64,000 nt of DNA from Acholeplasmataceae bacterium (GTDB taxonomy: Bacteria; Bacillota_I; Bacilli_A; Acholeplasmatales; Acholeplasmataceae): assembly GCA_963675245.1 (NCBI GenBank), contig OY775910.1, positions 256,001 to 320,000 on the forward strand, read 5' to 3'. This document shows positions 15,544-25,396 of the stretch, piece by piece. The notes under the pieces were generated by a model, which saw only the letters and a program-made list of their open reading frames with translations, did no database searches and was not told where the DNA came from. Position numbers and translations under genes: made by a program. Positions within the stretch are counted from its first letter, which is position 1; each line of letters starts with the position of its first letter.

Positions 15544-17070
15544 ATGAAACAATTTGCAGGTCTTATTATTATGGATGGTTTAGGCTTAGCACCTGCTAGT
15601 GATTCAAATGCTGTATCACTTGCTAAAAAGCCTTTTTTAGATCAAGCTTTAAAAGAATATCCACATAGTACTTTAGTCACTTCTGGTGAAGCTGTTGGCC
15701 TACCTGATGGACAAATGGGAAATAGTGAAGTCGGTCATTTAAACTTAGGTGCTGGACGCATAGTCTTCCAATCGTTAACTAGAATCAATGTGGCAATCAA
15801 AGATGGTTCTTTCTTTAAGAATCAAGCATTCCTAGACGCGATTAATTATGTTAAAGCACATAAATCTAATTTACATATTTTTGGTTTAGTCAGCGATGGT
15901 GGTGTGCATGCATATCCAACACACATTAAAGCGCTTGATCAATTAGCAAAAAGCGAAGGTGTCACACCTTATCTTCATGCCTTCATGGATGGTAGAGATA
16001 CACCTACAACTGCTGGTAAAGATTATTTAAAAGATTTATTAGACGCTGGTATGAAAGTTGCTACTGTAAGTGGTAGATATTACGCCATGGACAGAGATAA
16101 CAACTGGGATCGCCTTCAACTTGCATATGATAACATGACAAAAGGAACTGGTAAACATTATCCAGATGCTTTATCTGGTATTGAAGCATCTTATCAAAAT
16201 GAAGTAACCGATGAATTCATCATTCCATTTGTCGCTGATGATAACGGTCTTATTAAAGATCATGACGCGATTATTTTCGCAAACTTCAGACCAGATAGAG
16301 CAATTAGAATGGCTACTGCTTTCTCAAACCCAGAAGGTACGAAAGAATATGTGACTGATGGCAAACCAACGTTTGATTATAGTGACGTCGTTAAAGATAT
16401 CTTCTTTGTATCAATGATGCATTATAATGCAACCGTTAAAGGACCTATTGCATTCCCACTTCAAACCTTAGATAATATTTATGGTGAAGTGATTGAACAT
16501 GCTGGCTTAAGACAGTTAAGAATTGCTGAAACAGAAAAGTATGCCCATGTCACTTTCTTCTTCGATGGTGGTAAAGAAAGAGCATTTAAAGGTGCTGAAA
16601 GAATTTTAGTTCAATCTCCTAAAGTAGCCACATACGATCTTCAACCGGAAATGAGTGCCTTTGAAGTGAGAGATAAAGCCGTTGAAGCGATTAAATCAGG
16701 TCAATTTGATACCATGATTTTAAACTTCGCTAACCCAGATATGGTAGGTCATACAGGATCTATTCCAGCGGCTACTAAAGCAGTTGAAACGGTAGACACA
16801 TGTACGAAAGATGTTGTTGATGCTATTTTGTCAATCGGTGGTGTTGCCATCATACTTGCGGATCATGGTAATGCTGAAAAAATGAGAGATGAATTTGGTC
16901 AGCCTCATACAGCACATACAACTAATCCTGTACCAATTATTATCACAGATAAAAATATTAAAGTGGTAGATGGTGGATCACTATGTGATATCGCGCCATC
17001 ACTACTCGATATCCTCGGTGTTGAACAACCTAAGGAAATGACAGGACATAGTTTGATTATTAGAAAATGA
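15544..17070 (+). CDS. gpmI: 2,3-bisphosphoglycerate-independent phosphoglycerate mutase
   Basis: QMGNSEVGH, GRYYAMDRD, NPDMVGHTG, ADHGNAE. Confidence 0.98.
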   Translation: MKQFAGLIIMDGLGLAPASDSNAVSLAKKPFLDQALKEYPHSTLVTSGEAVGLPDGQMGNSEVGHLNLGAGRIVFQSLTRINVAIKDGSFFKNQAFLDAINYVKAHKSNLHIFGLVSDGGVHAYPTHIKALDQLAKSEGVTPYLHAFMDGRDTPTTAGKDYLKDLLDAGMKVATVSGRYYAMDRDNNWDRLQLAYDNMTKGTGKHYPDALSGIEASYQNEVTDEFIIPFVADDNGLIKDHDAIIFANFRPDRAIRMATAFSNPEGTKEYVTDGKPTFDYSDVVKDIFFVSMMHYNATVKGPIAFPLQTLDNIYGEVIEHAGLRQLRIAETEKYAHVTFFFDGGKERAFKGAERILVQSPKVATYDLQPEMSAFEVRDKAVEAIKSGQFDTMILNFANPDMVGHTGSIPAATKAVETVDTCTKDVVDAILSIGGVAIILADHGNAEKMRDEFGQPHTAHTTNPVPIIITDKNIKVVDGGSLCDIAPSLLDILGVEQPKEMTGHSLIIRK

Positions 17071-17084
17071 TAATATATTAAAAA

Positions 17085-17110
17085 TAAAACCAGTCGACGA
17101 CTGGTTTTTT
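17085..17110. terminator. Bidirectional terminator between gpmI and K+ channel gene
   Basis: AAAACCAGTCG-A-CGACTGGTTTT between convergent genes. Confidence 0.85.
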
Positions 17111-17112
17111 AA

Positions 17113-18120
17113 TTATACATCTGATTCGTTTGCCATATCTCTTAAGATCGAAATTTGTTTTTTAGAGCCCACGACAATCATCTTATCATTTAATGCTAAT
17201 ATTTCACTCGCCTTTGGATTAAAAATAAACGGATCGTTTTCACGATGAATCGCTAATATAATCAATCCTGCCTTTTCAGAAATCTTCGCATCTTTCAACA
17301 TCTTACCAATGAGTTCTGAATTTTCATTGACTTTGACTTCTTCCATATTAAATGATTGATTTTTCGTGTCAATGATATTATCAACAAAGAATTGTGCTTG
17401 AGGGTTAATCATGATGGAAGCCATTTTTTTACCACCAATTTCATCTGGACTAACCGCATGATTCGCACCAGCTCTTCTCAGCTTTTTATCTGAATTTTTA
17501 TCGTGATATCTCGCGATAATTTTTAATTGTTTATTTAGACCTCTCGCAGTTAAAACAACAAATACGTTATCTGCATCTTTTGCTAGACATGTAATTAAAC
17601 CCTTTGCTTGCTCGACACGTGCTTCTTCTAATATTTCTTCTTTGGTTGCATCTCCAAAAATATATTTAGCATCAAGCTCTTTTAACTGTTCAATTTGTTC
17701 TTCGTCGTTTTCAATGACGATGAAGTTTATATCTTTTCTAATCATTTGTTTAATGACATGAATGCCGGTTTCACCTGCGCCACAAATGACAATATGTTGA
17801 TTGAGATTCGCAATTTCTTTTTGCATTTTATTTTTCCTCCATGCTTCATTGATATTTCCTTCACTAAAGAATTTGAATACTTCAGATAAAAGAAAACCGA
17901 TCATACTAACACTGGTTAAAATTAAGATAATAGTAAATACTTTTGCTCCTTCATTAAGGTCCGTCACCTCTCGGTATCCAACCGTAGAGATAGTAATAAT
18001 CGTCATATATAATGCATCAATAAAGCTTATATTAAGCATCACCATATAACCGATTGTCGCACCAAAAATGAGAATAAAAAGCACAATAAACCATATTAAG
18101 ATTTTCTTTTTTCTCATCAT
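17113..18120 (-). CDS. Potassium channel with RCK (TrkA-N/TrkA-C) domains
   Basis: TISTVGYRE pore filter, ICGAGETG Rossmann motif, C-terminal TrkA-C. Confidence 0.92.
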   Translation of the reverse strand: MMRKKKILIWFIVLFILIFGATIGYMVMLNISFIDALYMTIITISTVGYREVTDLNEGAKVFTIILILTSVSMIGFLLSEVFKFFSEGNINEAWRKNKMQKEIANLNQHIVICGAGETGIHVIKQMIRKDINFIVIENDEEQIEQLKELDAKYIFGDATKEEILEEARVEQAKGLITCLAKDADNVFVVLTARGLNKQLKIIARYHDKNSDKKLRRAGANHAVSPDEIGGKKMASIMINPQAQFFVDNIIDTKNQSFNMEEVKVNENSELIGKMLKDAKISEKAGLIILAIHRENDPFIFNPKASEILALNDKMIVVGSKKQISILRDMANESDV

Positions 18121-18205
18121 TTCACCTCAACATGTTCTAAAAAGAAAACGATATACACATATGCTATCGTAGAGGTCGTTAACTTTTTGTCAATATACTA
18201 TTGTA

Positions 18206-19057
18206 TTAAGACATCTTTTGAAGATAATACTCAATAATCGCTTGTGTACCTTTATCCGCAAAACCTTTTTCTGATAGTGTTTCATAGGCTTTGGTTGCTG
18301 TTTCAACAACACTTAAAGGTAGGTTTCCTTTTTCTGCCATCACGAGTTTTAAGTCTTTTAAGAAATGTTTGACAAAGAAACCGGGACGATAGTCTTTTCT
18401 TATCATTTTTAAGCCGTTGTTTGAGGCTTGCCATGAATTTGCAGATCCACCTGTTATCACAGATAACATGGATGTTAAATCTAACCCTTTATCTTTAGCA
18501 AATGTAATTGCTTCTGCAATCCCTAATATATTTCCTGCAATAACGGTTTGATTAGCAAGTTTAGCATACATACCTGATCCAGAAGGTCCCATATATGTAA
18601 TCGTAGATCCAAGATGCATCAATAATGGTAACATTTTTTCATATGTATAAAAGTCACCACCTACCATAATAGACAGTTTACCGTTAATCGCACCAATATC
18701 ACCACCGGTAACTGGTGCATCTAACATAAACAACCCTCTCTCTTCTGCTCTTTTAGCAAGTTCTTTAGCGAGCGTTGGACTGGAAGTTGTCATATCTACT
18801 AGTATTGTTTTTGGTTTAGCTAAAGGTATAACGACATTATAGACTTCCTTAACATCCTCAGGATAACCAACAATCGAAAAAACAGCATGCACTTTATCAA
18901 GACACGATTCAATTGATTCACAATATTTGATTTCTGGTTCTAAGCGTTGCGCTTTTTCAGGTGTTCGATTATAGGCAAATACTTGATGACCAGCTTCACT
19001 TAAATGCTTCGCCATTGGTCCACCCATGACACCTGTTCCAATAAATAGTATAATCAT
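18206..19057 (-). CDS. NAD(P)-dependent beta-hydroxyacid dehydrogenase (3-hydroxyisobutyrate dehydrogenase family)
   Basis: FIGTGVMG, DAPVTGG, KLANQ, FLKDL. Confidence 0.9.
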   Translation of the reverse strand: MIILFIGTGVMGGPMAKHLSEAGHQVFAYNRTPEKAQRLEPEIKYCESIESCLDKVHAVFSIVGYPEDVKEVYNVVIPLAKPKTILVDMTTSSPTLAKELAKRAEERGLFMLDAPVTGGDIGAINGKLSIMVGGDFYTYEKMLPLLMHLGSTITYMGPSGSGMYAKLANQTVIAGNILGIAEAITFAKDKGLDLTSMLSVITGGSANSWQASNNGLKMIRKDYRPGFFVKHFLKDLKLVMAEKGNLPLSVVETATKAYETLSEKGFADKGTQAIIEYYLQKMS

Positions 19058-19899
19058 GATTTATCCTTTATATGTTCATCTAACCATACTGCTATATCCG
19101 CCATAACCTGTTCTTTACATAAATCATTTAATATTTCATGATAGGCTTCTGGATAGCTAATCAACTTTTTATCTTCAACAGCAATCAATTCATAAAAACG
19201 TTTCGAATATGCGAGTGGGCATATTTTATCGTTTTCGCCATGAATAATGAGTACTGGTACCTGAAAATCTCTGATTTTTTTATTCAAATAACGTACCCCT
19301 GAAACAAACATCTCTCCAACGAGTGATACATAAAAGTATTTTAAATTAAGTGGATCGTCTCGATAGGCTTGTTCAATATGTTCATGTCTTGACAATCTGC
19401 CATCTGCAAAGTCGGATTTTTTACGTACAAACCCAAACCATTTATAGCCGAAAAACCGAAGAGGCATCACATCTTTCAAATAATAAGATGGTGCTGCAGA
19501 TGATATAATGCCATCTACATCTCCGTATTTAACACCGTATATATCAACGATTAAGCCACCCAAACTGTGACCTAATAAGAATATGTTATTTGTTTCTAAC
19601 TTGCGTTCATATAGCACAAGTTCATGTAAATCATCGATCATTTGATGAAAAGATTTAAGTTTACCGCGCTTGCCTTGTGTTTGTCCATGACCTCTTAGGT
19701 CATATCTAACCACATTGTATCCATGATCATTTAAAAACATTGCTACTTCGTTATAACGACCTGAATGTTCTGCAATACCGTGTGTGATGATAACTGTTCC
19801 TTTTGAATTTTCAACTTCATCACGTTTAACTAAAAATAACAAACCGTTAATTAGCAAGTCAACCACCCCATTTCCTACTTTCATTATACAGCAAATCAA
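19054..19899 (-). CDS. Alpha/beta hydrolase (lysophospholipase-like); true start probably TTG at 19857
   Basis: HGIAEHSGRY, DLRGHG, GHSLGG, catalytic D and H. Confidence 0.9.
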   Translation of the reverse strand: MICCIMKVGNGVVDLLINGLLFLVKRDEVENSKGTVIITHGIAEHSGRYNEVAMFLNDHGYNVVRYDLRGHGQTQGKRGKLKSFHQMIDDLHELVLYERKLETNNIFLLGHSLGGLIVDIYGVKYGDVDGIISSAAPSYYLKDVMPLRFFGYKWFGFVRKKSDFADGRLSRHEHIEQAYRDDPLNLKYFYVSLVGEMFVSGVRYLNKKIRDFQVPVLIIHGENDKICPLAYSKRFYELIAVEDKKLISYPEAYHEILNDLCKEQVMADIAVWLDEHIKDKS

Positions 19900-19991
19900 T
19901 TATTTTTTCTCGCTAAAAATAATACATTCATCACCTCTAATTATATTATGTTGTAGTATAATATAAGTAAAATATATTAGGGGGTTTCTCC

Positions 19992-21059
19992 ATGCAACTC
20001 ACACCACTTCATGATCAGCATATTCAACTTCAAGCAAAAATGACGGAATATGCGGGATTTGATATGCCAGTCTCCTACACAAATATCGTTGAAGAACATC
20101 TTGCTGTTAGACACAATTTCGGTGTTTTTGATGTGTCTCATATGGGAGAAATATTAATCGAAGGAAAAGACGCACTCGCTTGTACTTCTTATCTTATCTC
20201 TAATAAAATTCAATCAGATAAAGTCACATATGCACTTTTACTTAATGAAAAAGGTTATCCATTAGATGACCTTTTAGTCTATGTTCTAAAACCAGAACAG
20301 ATCTTACTTGTAGTTAATGCCGGAAACATTGAAAAAGATTATATGTGGATTGAAAAACAAGCTGAAGCTTTTGATGTCACGACAAGAAATATCTCAAACA
20401 ACTTCAGTCAACTGGCTATTCAAGGGCCAAAAGCGGTTGATCACATTAATGAGATCGTTAAAAATGATGTCACTGATTTAACATTTATGACATTTAAGAT
20501 TGTACCCTATGACGATAAATATTTAATCGTTTCAAGAACTGGTTATACCGGTGAAGATGGGTTTGAAGTCTATTGTCATAACGAACATGTTCATGCATTA
20601 TGGCATGATACACTAAAAGCAGGTGCGACACCGTGTGGATTAGGTGCAAGAGATACACTTCGTTTTCAAGCAACTCTCCCTTTATATGGTCATGAAATCG
20701 GTGAACTCATCAACCCCTTTGAAGCAAGATTATCATTTGCCCTTGATTTCGACCATGACTTTATTGGTAAAGATGCTTTATTAGCACTTAAAGATAAAAA
20801 TAATTATATTCTCGTTGGTATTGAACTATTAGAAAGAAATGTACCTAGACAAGGTTATGATATCTATAAAGATGATGTATGGATTGGTTGGGTGACAACA
20901 GGTTACTTGTTACCTGAAACAGAAAAACCATTGGCTTTAGCTATGATTAAAAAAGAGTTTTCAAAATTTGGTACGACACTAAGTATTCAAATACGTAAGA
21001 AGCAAGTGCCAGCTGTGGTTAGAAATAGAAAATTTTATCAGAAAAACTACGAGAGGTAG
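19992..21059 (+). CDS. gcvT: Glycine cleavage T protein
   Basis: FDVSHMGE, SRTGYTGEDGFE, GLGARDTLR. Confidence 0.97.
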   Translation: MQLTPLHDQHIQLQAKMTEYAGFDMPVSYTNIVEEHLAVRHNFGVFDVSHMGEILIEGKDALACTSYLISNKIQSDKVTYALLLNEKGYPLDDLLVYVLKPEQILLVVNAGNIEKDYMWIEKQAEAFDVTTRNISNNFSQLAIQGPKAVDHINEIVKNDVTDLTFMTFKIVPYDDKYLIVSRTGYTGEDGFEVYCHNEHVHALWHDTLKAGATPCGLGARDTLRFQATLPLYGHEIGELINPFEARLSFALDFDHDFIGKDALLALKDKNNYILVGIELLERNVPRQGYDIYKDDVWIGWVTTGYLLPETEKPLALAMIKKEFSKFGTTLSIQIRKKQVPAVVRNRKFYQKNYER

Positions 21060-21068
21060 GAGAGAACG

Positions 21069-21440
21069 ATGGTTGTTAAAAGTTTGCGTTATGCAGAGAG
21101 TCATGAATGGTTAAAAGTTGAAGGAAATGAGGCTTATGTCGGTATTACAGACTATGCGCAAGAAACATTAGGTGCGATTGTTTATGTCGATCTTCCTGAA
21201 GTTGATGATGCCTTTGAAAAAGGTGAAGCTTTTGGTGCAGTTGAAAGTGTCAAAGCTGCTTCTGATATTTATATTCCTGTTTCTGGTAAAGTCATTGAAG
21301 TGAATCATCGACTTGCTGATGAACCTGAATTATTAAATGACGATCCTTTCGGAAGCTGGATGGTTAAAATTGAATTATCAAATCCTGAAGAAGTTGCATC
21401 ATTATTGGATAGTGATGCTTACGAAGCTTTTATTAAATAA
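21069..21440 (+). CDS. gcvH: Glycine cleavage H protein
   Basis: SHEW, VESVKAASD lipoyl-lysine motif. Confidence 0.97.
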   Translation: MVVKSLRYAESHEWLKVEGNEAYVGITDYAQETLGAIVYVDLPEVDDAFEKGEAFGAVESVKAASDIYIPVSGKVIEVNHRLADEPELLNDDPFGSWMVKIELSNPEEVASLLDSDAYEAFIK

Positions 21441-22747
21441 TGCATAAATACCTACCGCATACAGATGCGGATATTAAAGCGATGCTTGATGTTGTTCAAG
21501 CCAACGATATTGATGAACTATTTCAAGTCATTCCAGAATCACTAAAGCTCACTGAACCTTATAAGCTTCCTAGTGCTTTAGGTGATTATCCACTCACAAA
21601 ACATATGCAATCACTTGCTAATGAAAATCAGCAATTGATTGTTTTTCGTGGTGCTGGTGCATATGATGTCTATATGCCAAGTGTCGTCAAACAAACGATT
21701 TCAAGACAAGAGTTTTTAACAAGCTATACACCTTATCAGCCAGAAGTTTCGCAAGGAACACTTCAATATATCTTTGAGTATCAGTCCATGATTGCAGAAC
21801 TCACTGGCATGGATGTTTCAAATGCATCGATGTATGATGGTGCAACTGCGACTGCTGAAGCGATGTTTATGGCTTATGCACAAACAAAAAAGAATCGCAT
21901 TCTCGTGAGTGAAACGATTCAACCAAGTGTACTCAAAGTAGTTCAAACTTATGCCCGTTTCAGAGGTATTATCATCGACATGATTCCATCTCTTGATGGC
22001 ATCACAGATCAATCATATTTGAATGAACACATTAACGAGTCGATGGGTGTTATTTTACAAACACCTAACCGATACGGTATTATTGAAAATTATAATAAAG
22101 TCGCTGATACCGTTCATGAAGCAAAAGGTTTATTTATTTTAAATCAAGAAGGTTTATCAACAGCCCTCTTTAAAAATGCTGGTACATTAAATGCAGATAT
22201 CGCTTGCGGAGAACTTCAAGCATTAGGTCTTCCATTATCATTTGGAGGTGCCTATTTAGGTTATCTCGCTACTAAGAAACAATATGTTAGAAAAATGCCG
22301 GGTCGCATTTGTGGTATGACCAAAGATGTGGATGGTAAACGTGCATTTGTTTTAACACTACAAGCAAGAGAGCAACATATTCGTCGTTCAAAAGCAAATT
22401 CTAACATCTGTTCCAATCAATCATTAATGGCTTTAGCTGTGACTGTTTATTTATCTTTACTTGGTCGACAAGGATTTATTGATGTCGCAAGAGAAACCAC
22501 TAAAAAAGCTCATTACCTTTATAAAAAGTTAATGGACACTAATCAATTTGAAATGGTTTATGATGCTCCTTTCTTCCAAGAGTTTGTTTTAAAAGCTAAA
22601 TTTGATACTTCATCTTTGGATGAGAAATTATTAAAAGCAGGTTTCTTAGGACCTCTTCCTTTAGGTGACAATAAGTTATTATTTGCAGTCTCAGAAAAAA
22701 GAAGCATCGAAGAAATTGATGCGTTTGTCGAAAGGCTGGTGAAATAA
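21440..22747 (+). CDS. gcvPA: Glycine dehydrogenase subunit 1
   Basis: YTPYQPEVSQG, NASMYDG, REQHIRR..ANSNICSNQ. Confidence 0.97.
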   Translation: MHKYLPHTDADIKAMLDVVQANDIDELFQVIPESLKLTEPYKLPSALGDYPLTKHMQSLANENQQLIVFRGAGAYDVYMPSVVKQTISRQEFLTSYTPYQPEVSQGTLQYIFEYQSMIAELTGMDVSNASMYDGATATAEAMFMAYAQTKKNRILVSETIQPSVLKVVQTYARFRGIIIDMIPSLDGITDQSYLNEHINESMGVILQTPNRYGIIENYNKVADTVHEAKGLFILNQEGLSTALFKNAGTLNADIACGELQALGLPLSFGGAYLGYLATKKQYVRKMPGRICGMTKDVDGKRAFVLTLQAREQHIRRSKANSNICSNQSLMALAVTVYLSLLGRQGFIDVARETTKKAHYLYKKLMDTNQFEMVYDAPFFQEFVLKAKFDTSSLDEKLLKAGFLGPLPLGDNKLLFAVSEKRSIEEIDAFVERLVK

Positions 22748-22748
22748 T

Positions 22749-24206
22749 ATGCCTTATTACGATAAACTAATTTTTGAATTATCAAGACATGAACGTGTCG
22801 GTTACGCGATTGAACATACTGATCTACCAGATGTCAACTTCCCTGACGATATCAAACGAGATATTTGGGCTAATCTCCCAGAAGTATCTGAATTAGATGT
22901 CACAAGACATTACGCCAATGTCAGTAAGAAAAACTTCGGCATTGAAAATGGTTTTTATCCTTTAGGATCTTGTACCATGAAATACAATCCTAAAATTAAT
23001 GATGAACTATCAGGTTTACCTGGATTTACACACATTCATCCGATGCAACCAGAATCTTCAATGCAAGGCCTACTTAAACTATATTATGAGACACAAAACA
23101 TGTTATCGGAGTTAACTGGATTAGATGCTTATTCTCTTAATCCTTTTGCTGGTGCACATGGTGAGTTAGTCGGTTTAATGATCATTAAAGCGTATCATGA
23201 AAAGCATAAAGATCTTAAACGCACAAAGATTATCGTCCCTGATTCAGCCCATGGCACAAACCCAGCTTCTGCTACTGTCTGTGGTTTTGATTCTGTTGAA
23301 ATTAAATCAAATCCTGATGGTACCGTTAATATCGAAGCGTTAAAAGCGGAACTTGATGAAAGTGTCGCTGGTCTCATGCTAACCAATCCAAATACGGCAG
23401 GAGTGTTTGAAAAAGATATTTTAGAAATCTCAAAATTAGTGCATGAAGCCGGTGGACTATTATATTATGATGGTGCTAATTTAAATGCTTTACTCGGTCA
23501 AGCAAAACCTGGTGATATGGGGTTTGACATCACACACTTAAATCTTCATAAAACCTTCTCAACACCACACGGTGGTGGTGGTCCAGGTGCAGGTCCAGTA
23601 GGTGTCACGAAAGCCTTAGAACCATTCTTACCAAGTCCTATTGTCATCCTTGACAATGGCATATATCAGTTCAAGTATTCCCAAGATACGATTGGTTCTG
23701 TTGGTGCATTCTATGGAAATGCTTCTGTTGTCATTAGAGCTTATGTGTATTTAAAATCACTTGGTGCAGAAAATCTGATGAAAATCGGTGGTTTAGCTGT
23801 TTTAAATGCTAACTATATTAAAGAATCTCTTAAAGATCTGTTTAAGCTACCTATAAAAGGTTTCTCAATGCATGAATTTGTTTTCGATGGTTTAAAAGAT
23901 GAGTCTACAGGTGTCAAAACCCTTGATATAGCAAAACGCTTATTGGATTATGGTGTGCACGCACCAACTATCTACTTCCCGCTCATTTTCCATCAATCAA
24001 TGATGGTTGAACCGACAGAATCAGAATCTAGGGAAACCCTTGATCATTTCATTTATGTCATGAGAGAGGTTGCTGAAGAGTCTCTTCATTATCCGGAACT
24101 CGTCAAATCAGCCCCACTTGATACTGTGGTTAGACGATTAGATGAAGTCGCTGCTGCTAGACATCCGATTCTTACATACATAGATTTAGTGAATGAAGAT
24201 CAATAA
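22749..24206 (+). CDS. gcvPB: Glycine dehydrogenase subunit 2
   Basis: PLGSCTMKYN, NLHKTFSTPHGGGGPG PLP-lysine motif, EPTESE. Confidence 0.97.
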   Translation: MPYYDKLIFELSRHERVGYAIEHTDLPDVNFPDDIKRDIWANLPEVSELDVTRHYANVSKKNFGIENGFYPLGSCTMKYNPKINDELSGLPGFTHIHPMQPESSMQGLLKLYYETQNMLSELTGLDAYSLNPFAGAHGELVGLMIIKAYHEKHKDLKRTKIIVPDSAHGTNPASATVCGFDSVEIKSNPDGTVNIEALKAELDESVAGLMLTNPNTAGVFEKDILEISKLVHEAGGLLYYDGANLNALLGQAKPGDMGFDITHLNLHKTFSTPHGGGGPGAGPVGVTKALEPFLPSPIVILDNGIYQFKYSQDTIGSVGAFYGNASVVIRAYVYLKSLGAENLMKIGGLAVLNANYIKESLKDLFKLPIKGFSMHEFVFDGLKDESTGVKTLDIAKRLLDYGVHAPTIYFPLIFHQSMMVEPTESESRETLDHFIYVMREVAEESLHYPELVKSAPLDTVVRRLDEVAAARHPILTYIDLVNEDQ

Positions 24207-24211
24207 AAAAA

Positions 24212-24241
24212 TAGGTACACTTCACACGAAGTGTACCTTTT
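24212..24241. terminator. Bidirectional terminator between gcvPB and Mrp gene
   Basis: AGGTACACTTC-ACAC-GAAGTGTACCT. Confidence 0.85.
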
Positions 24242-24244
24242 CAT

Positions 24245-25246
24245 TTATATTTCCATCAACTGAATGACTTTTTTAGTAATCTCATCATATACTTTACCAG
24301 CGGTTTCAGAGCCGCTATATAAAAATCCTTTTTGTGGTTTACCTAACGGTACTTGACCTAATACATTAGTACCAAGTTTTTTAGCAACAGTCTCGCCACC
24401 ACCTTCACCAAATACGTAATCTCGTTTTTGATTACATTCATTAAAATAATAACTCATATTTTCAACAACACCGATAATTTCATGCCCAATATTTTGTGCA
24501 CCAAAACCAGCTTTGACAGCGACGCTTGATGCATTTGGATGTGGGGTTGTGACAACAAGTACTTTACTTCTTGGTACATATTGTTTCACATCTAATGCGA
24601 CATCACCAGTTCCAGGAGGTAAGTCGATCAAAATAATATCGATATTGTCTTGCCATTTCACGCCATTAAAAAAATGAACAAGCATTTTACCTAACATTGG
24701 TCCACGCCACATAAGTGGTCTTTCAGGTGGCATAAAAAATTCAGTTGAAATGACTTCAATGCCATCTTTCTCTAACGGAATCATTAATTCATCTTTTGTT
24801 GAAGATAAAGGTTTACTTGGAAGTTCTAATACATGGGGAATACTTGCCCCATAAATGTCCGCATCAATAATACCAACTTTTTTACCTGCTCTAATAAGTG
24901 CTGCTGCCAAATTCGCTGTGACATTTGATTTACCAACACCACCTTTACCAGAAGCTATTGCTAAAAACTTAATTAATTTTTCACCTTCAGGTACAAAATC
25001 TGATTCAAAGAAATCAATCTTTATGCCTGGGAATCCTGCCTCAATCTTAACGAGACGAATAATTTCAATTTTTACTTTTTGTTCGTTTTTTGCTTTATCG
25101 CGTAAATAGATTTCACACTCTACAACGCCCGTTGGTCCAACGACCAATTTTTTAATACCTTTAACATCTTTTAATGGTTTATCAAATCCAGGATCGATAA
25201 TCTCACCAAGACGCTTTTTTAAATCATCGTAAGTCATCTGTTTCAC
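24245..25246 (-). CDS. Mrp/NBP35-family P-loop ATPase (SalA-like)
   Basis: SGKGGVGKS, DADIYG, WRGPMLGKML, DLPPGTGD, ENM motifs. Confidence 0.92.
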   Translation of the reverse strand: MKQMTYDDLKKRLGEIIDPGFDKPLKDVKGIKKLVVGPTGVVECEIYLRDKAKNEQKVKIEIIRLVKIEAGFPGIKIDFFESDFVPEGEKLIKFLAIASGKGGVGKSNVTANLAAALIRAGKKVGIIDADIYGASIPHVLELPSKPLSSTKDELMIPLEKDGIEVISTEFFMPPERPLMWRGPMLGKMLVHFFNGVKWQDNIDIILIDLPPGTGDVALDVKQYVPRSKVLVVTTPHPNASSVAVKAGFGAQNIGHEIIGVVENMSYYFNECNQKRDYVFGEGGGETVAKKLGTNVLGQVPLGKPQKGFLYSGSETAGKVYDEITKKVIQLMEI

Positions 25247-25396
25247 CTCGTTAATATTATAACAAATTAAGATGCATAATGATGGGTTAATGATAAGAAA
25301 ATGATGGTTTTTATAGAAATGAAAACGTATTCTTTAAACTTATATTTTTGTAAATAAGTGTTAAAATAGATATGTAAATATCGACGGGGTGAAAAA

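Noticed and set aside
18121..18205. c-di-AMP riboswitch before the K+ channel gene
   Set aside because: The gap is only about 85 bp and shows no ydaO consensus.
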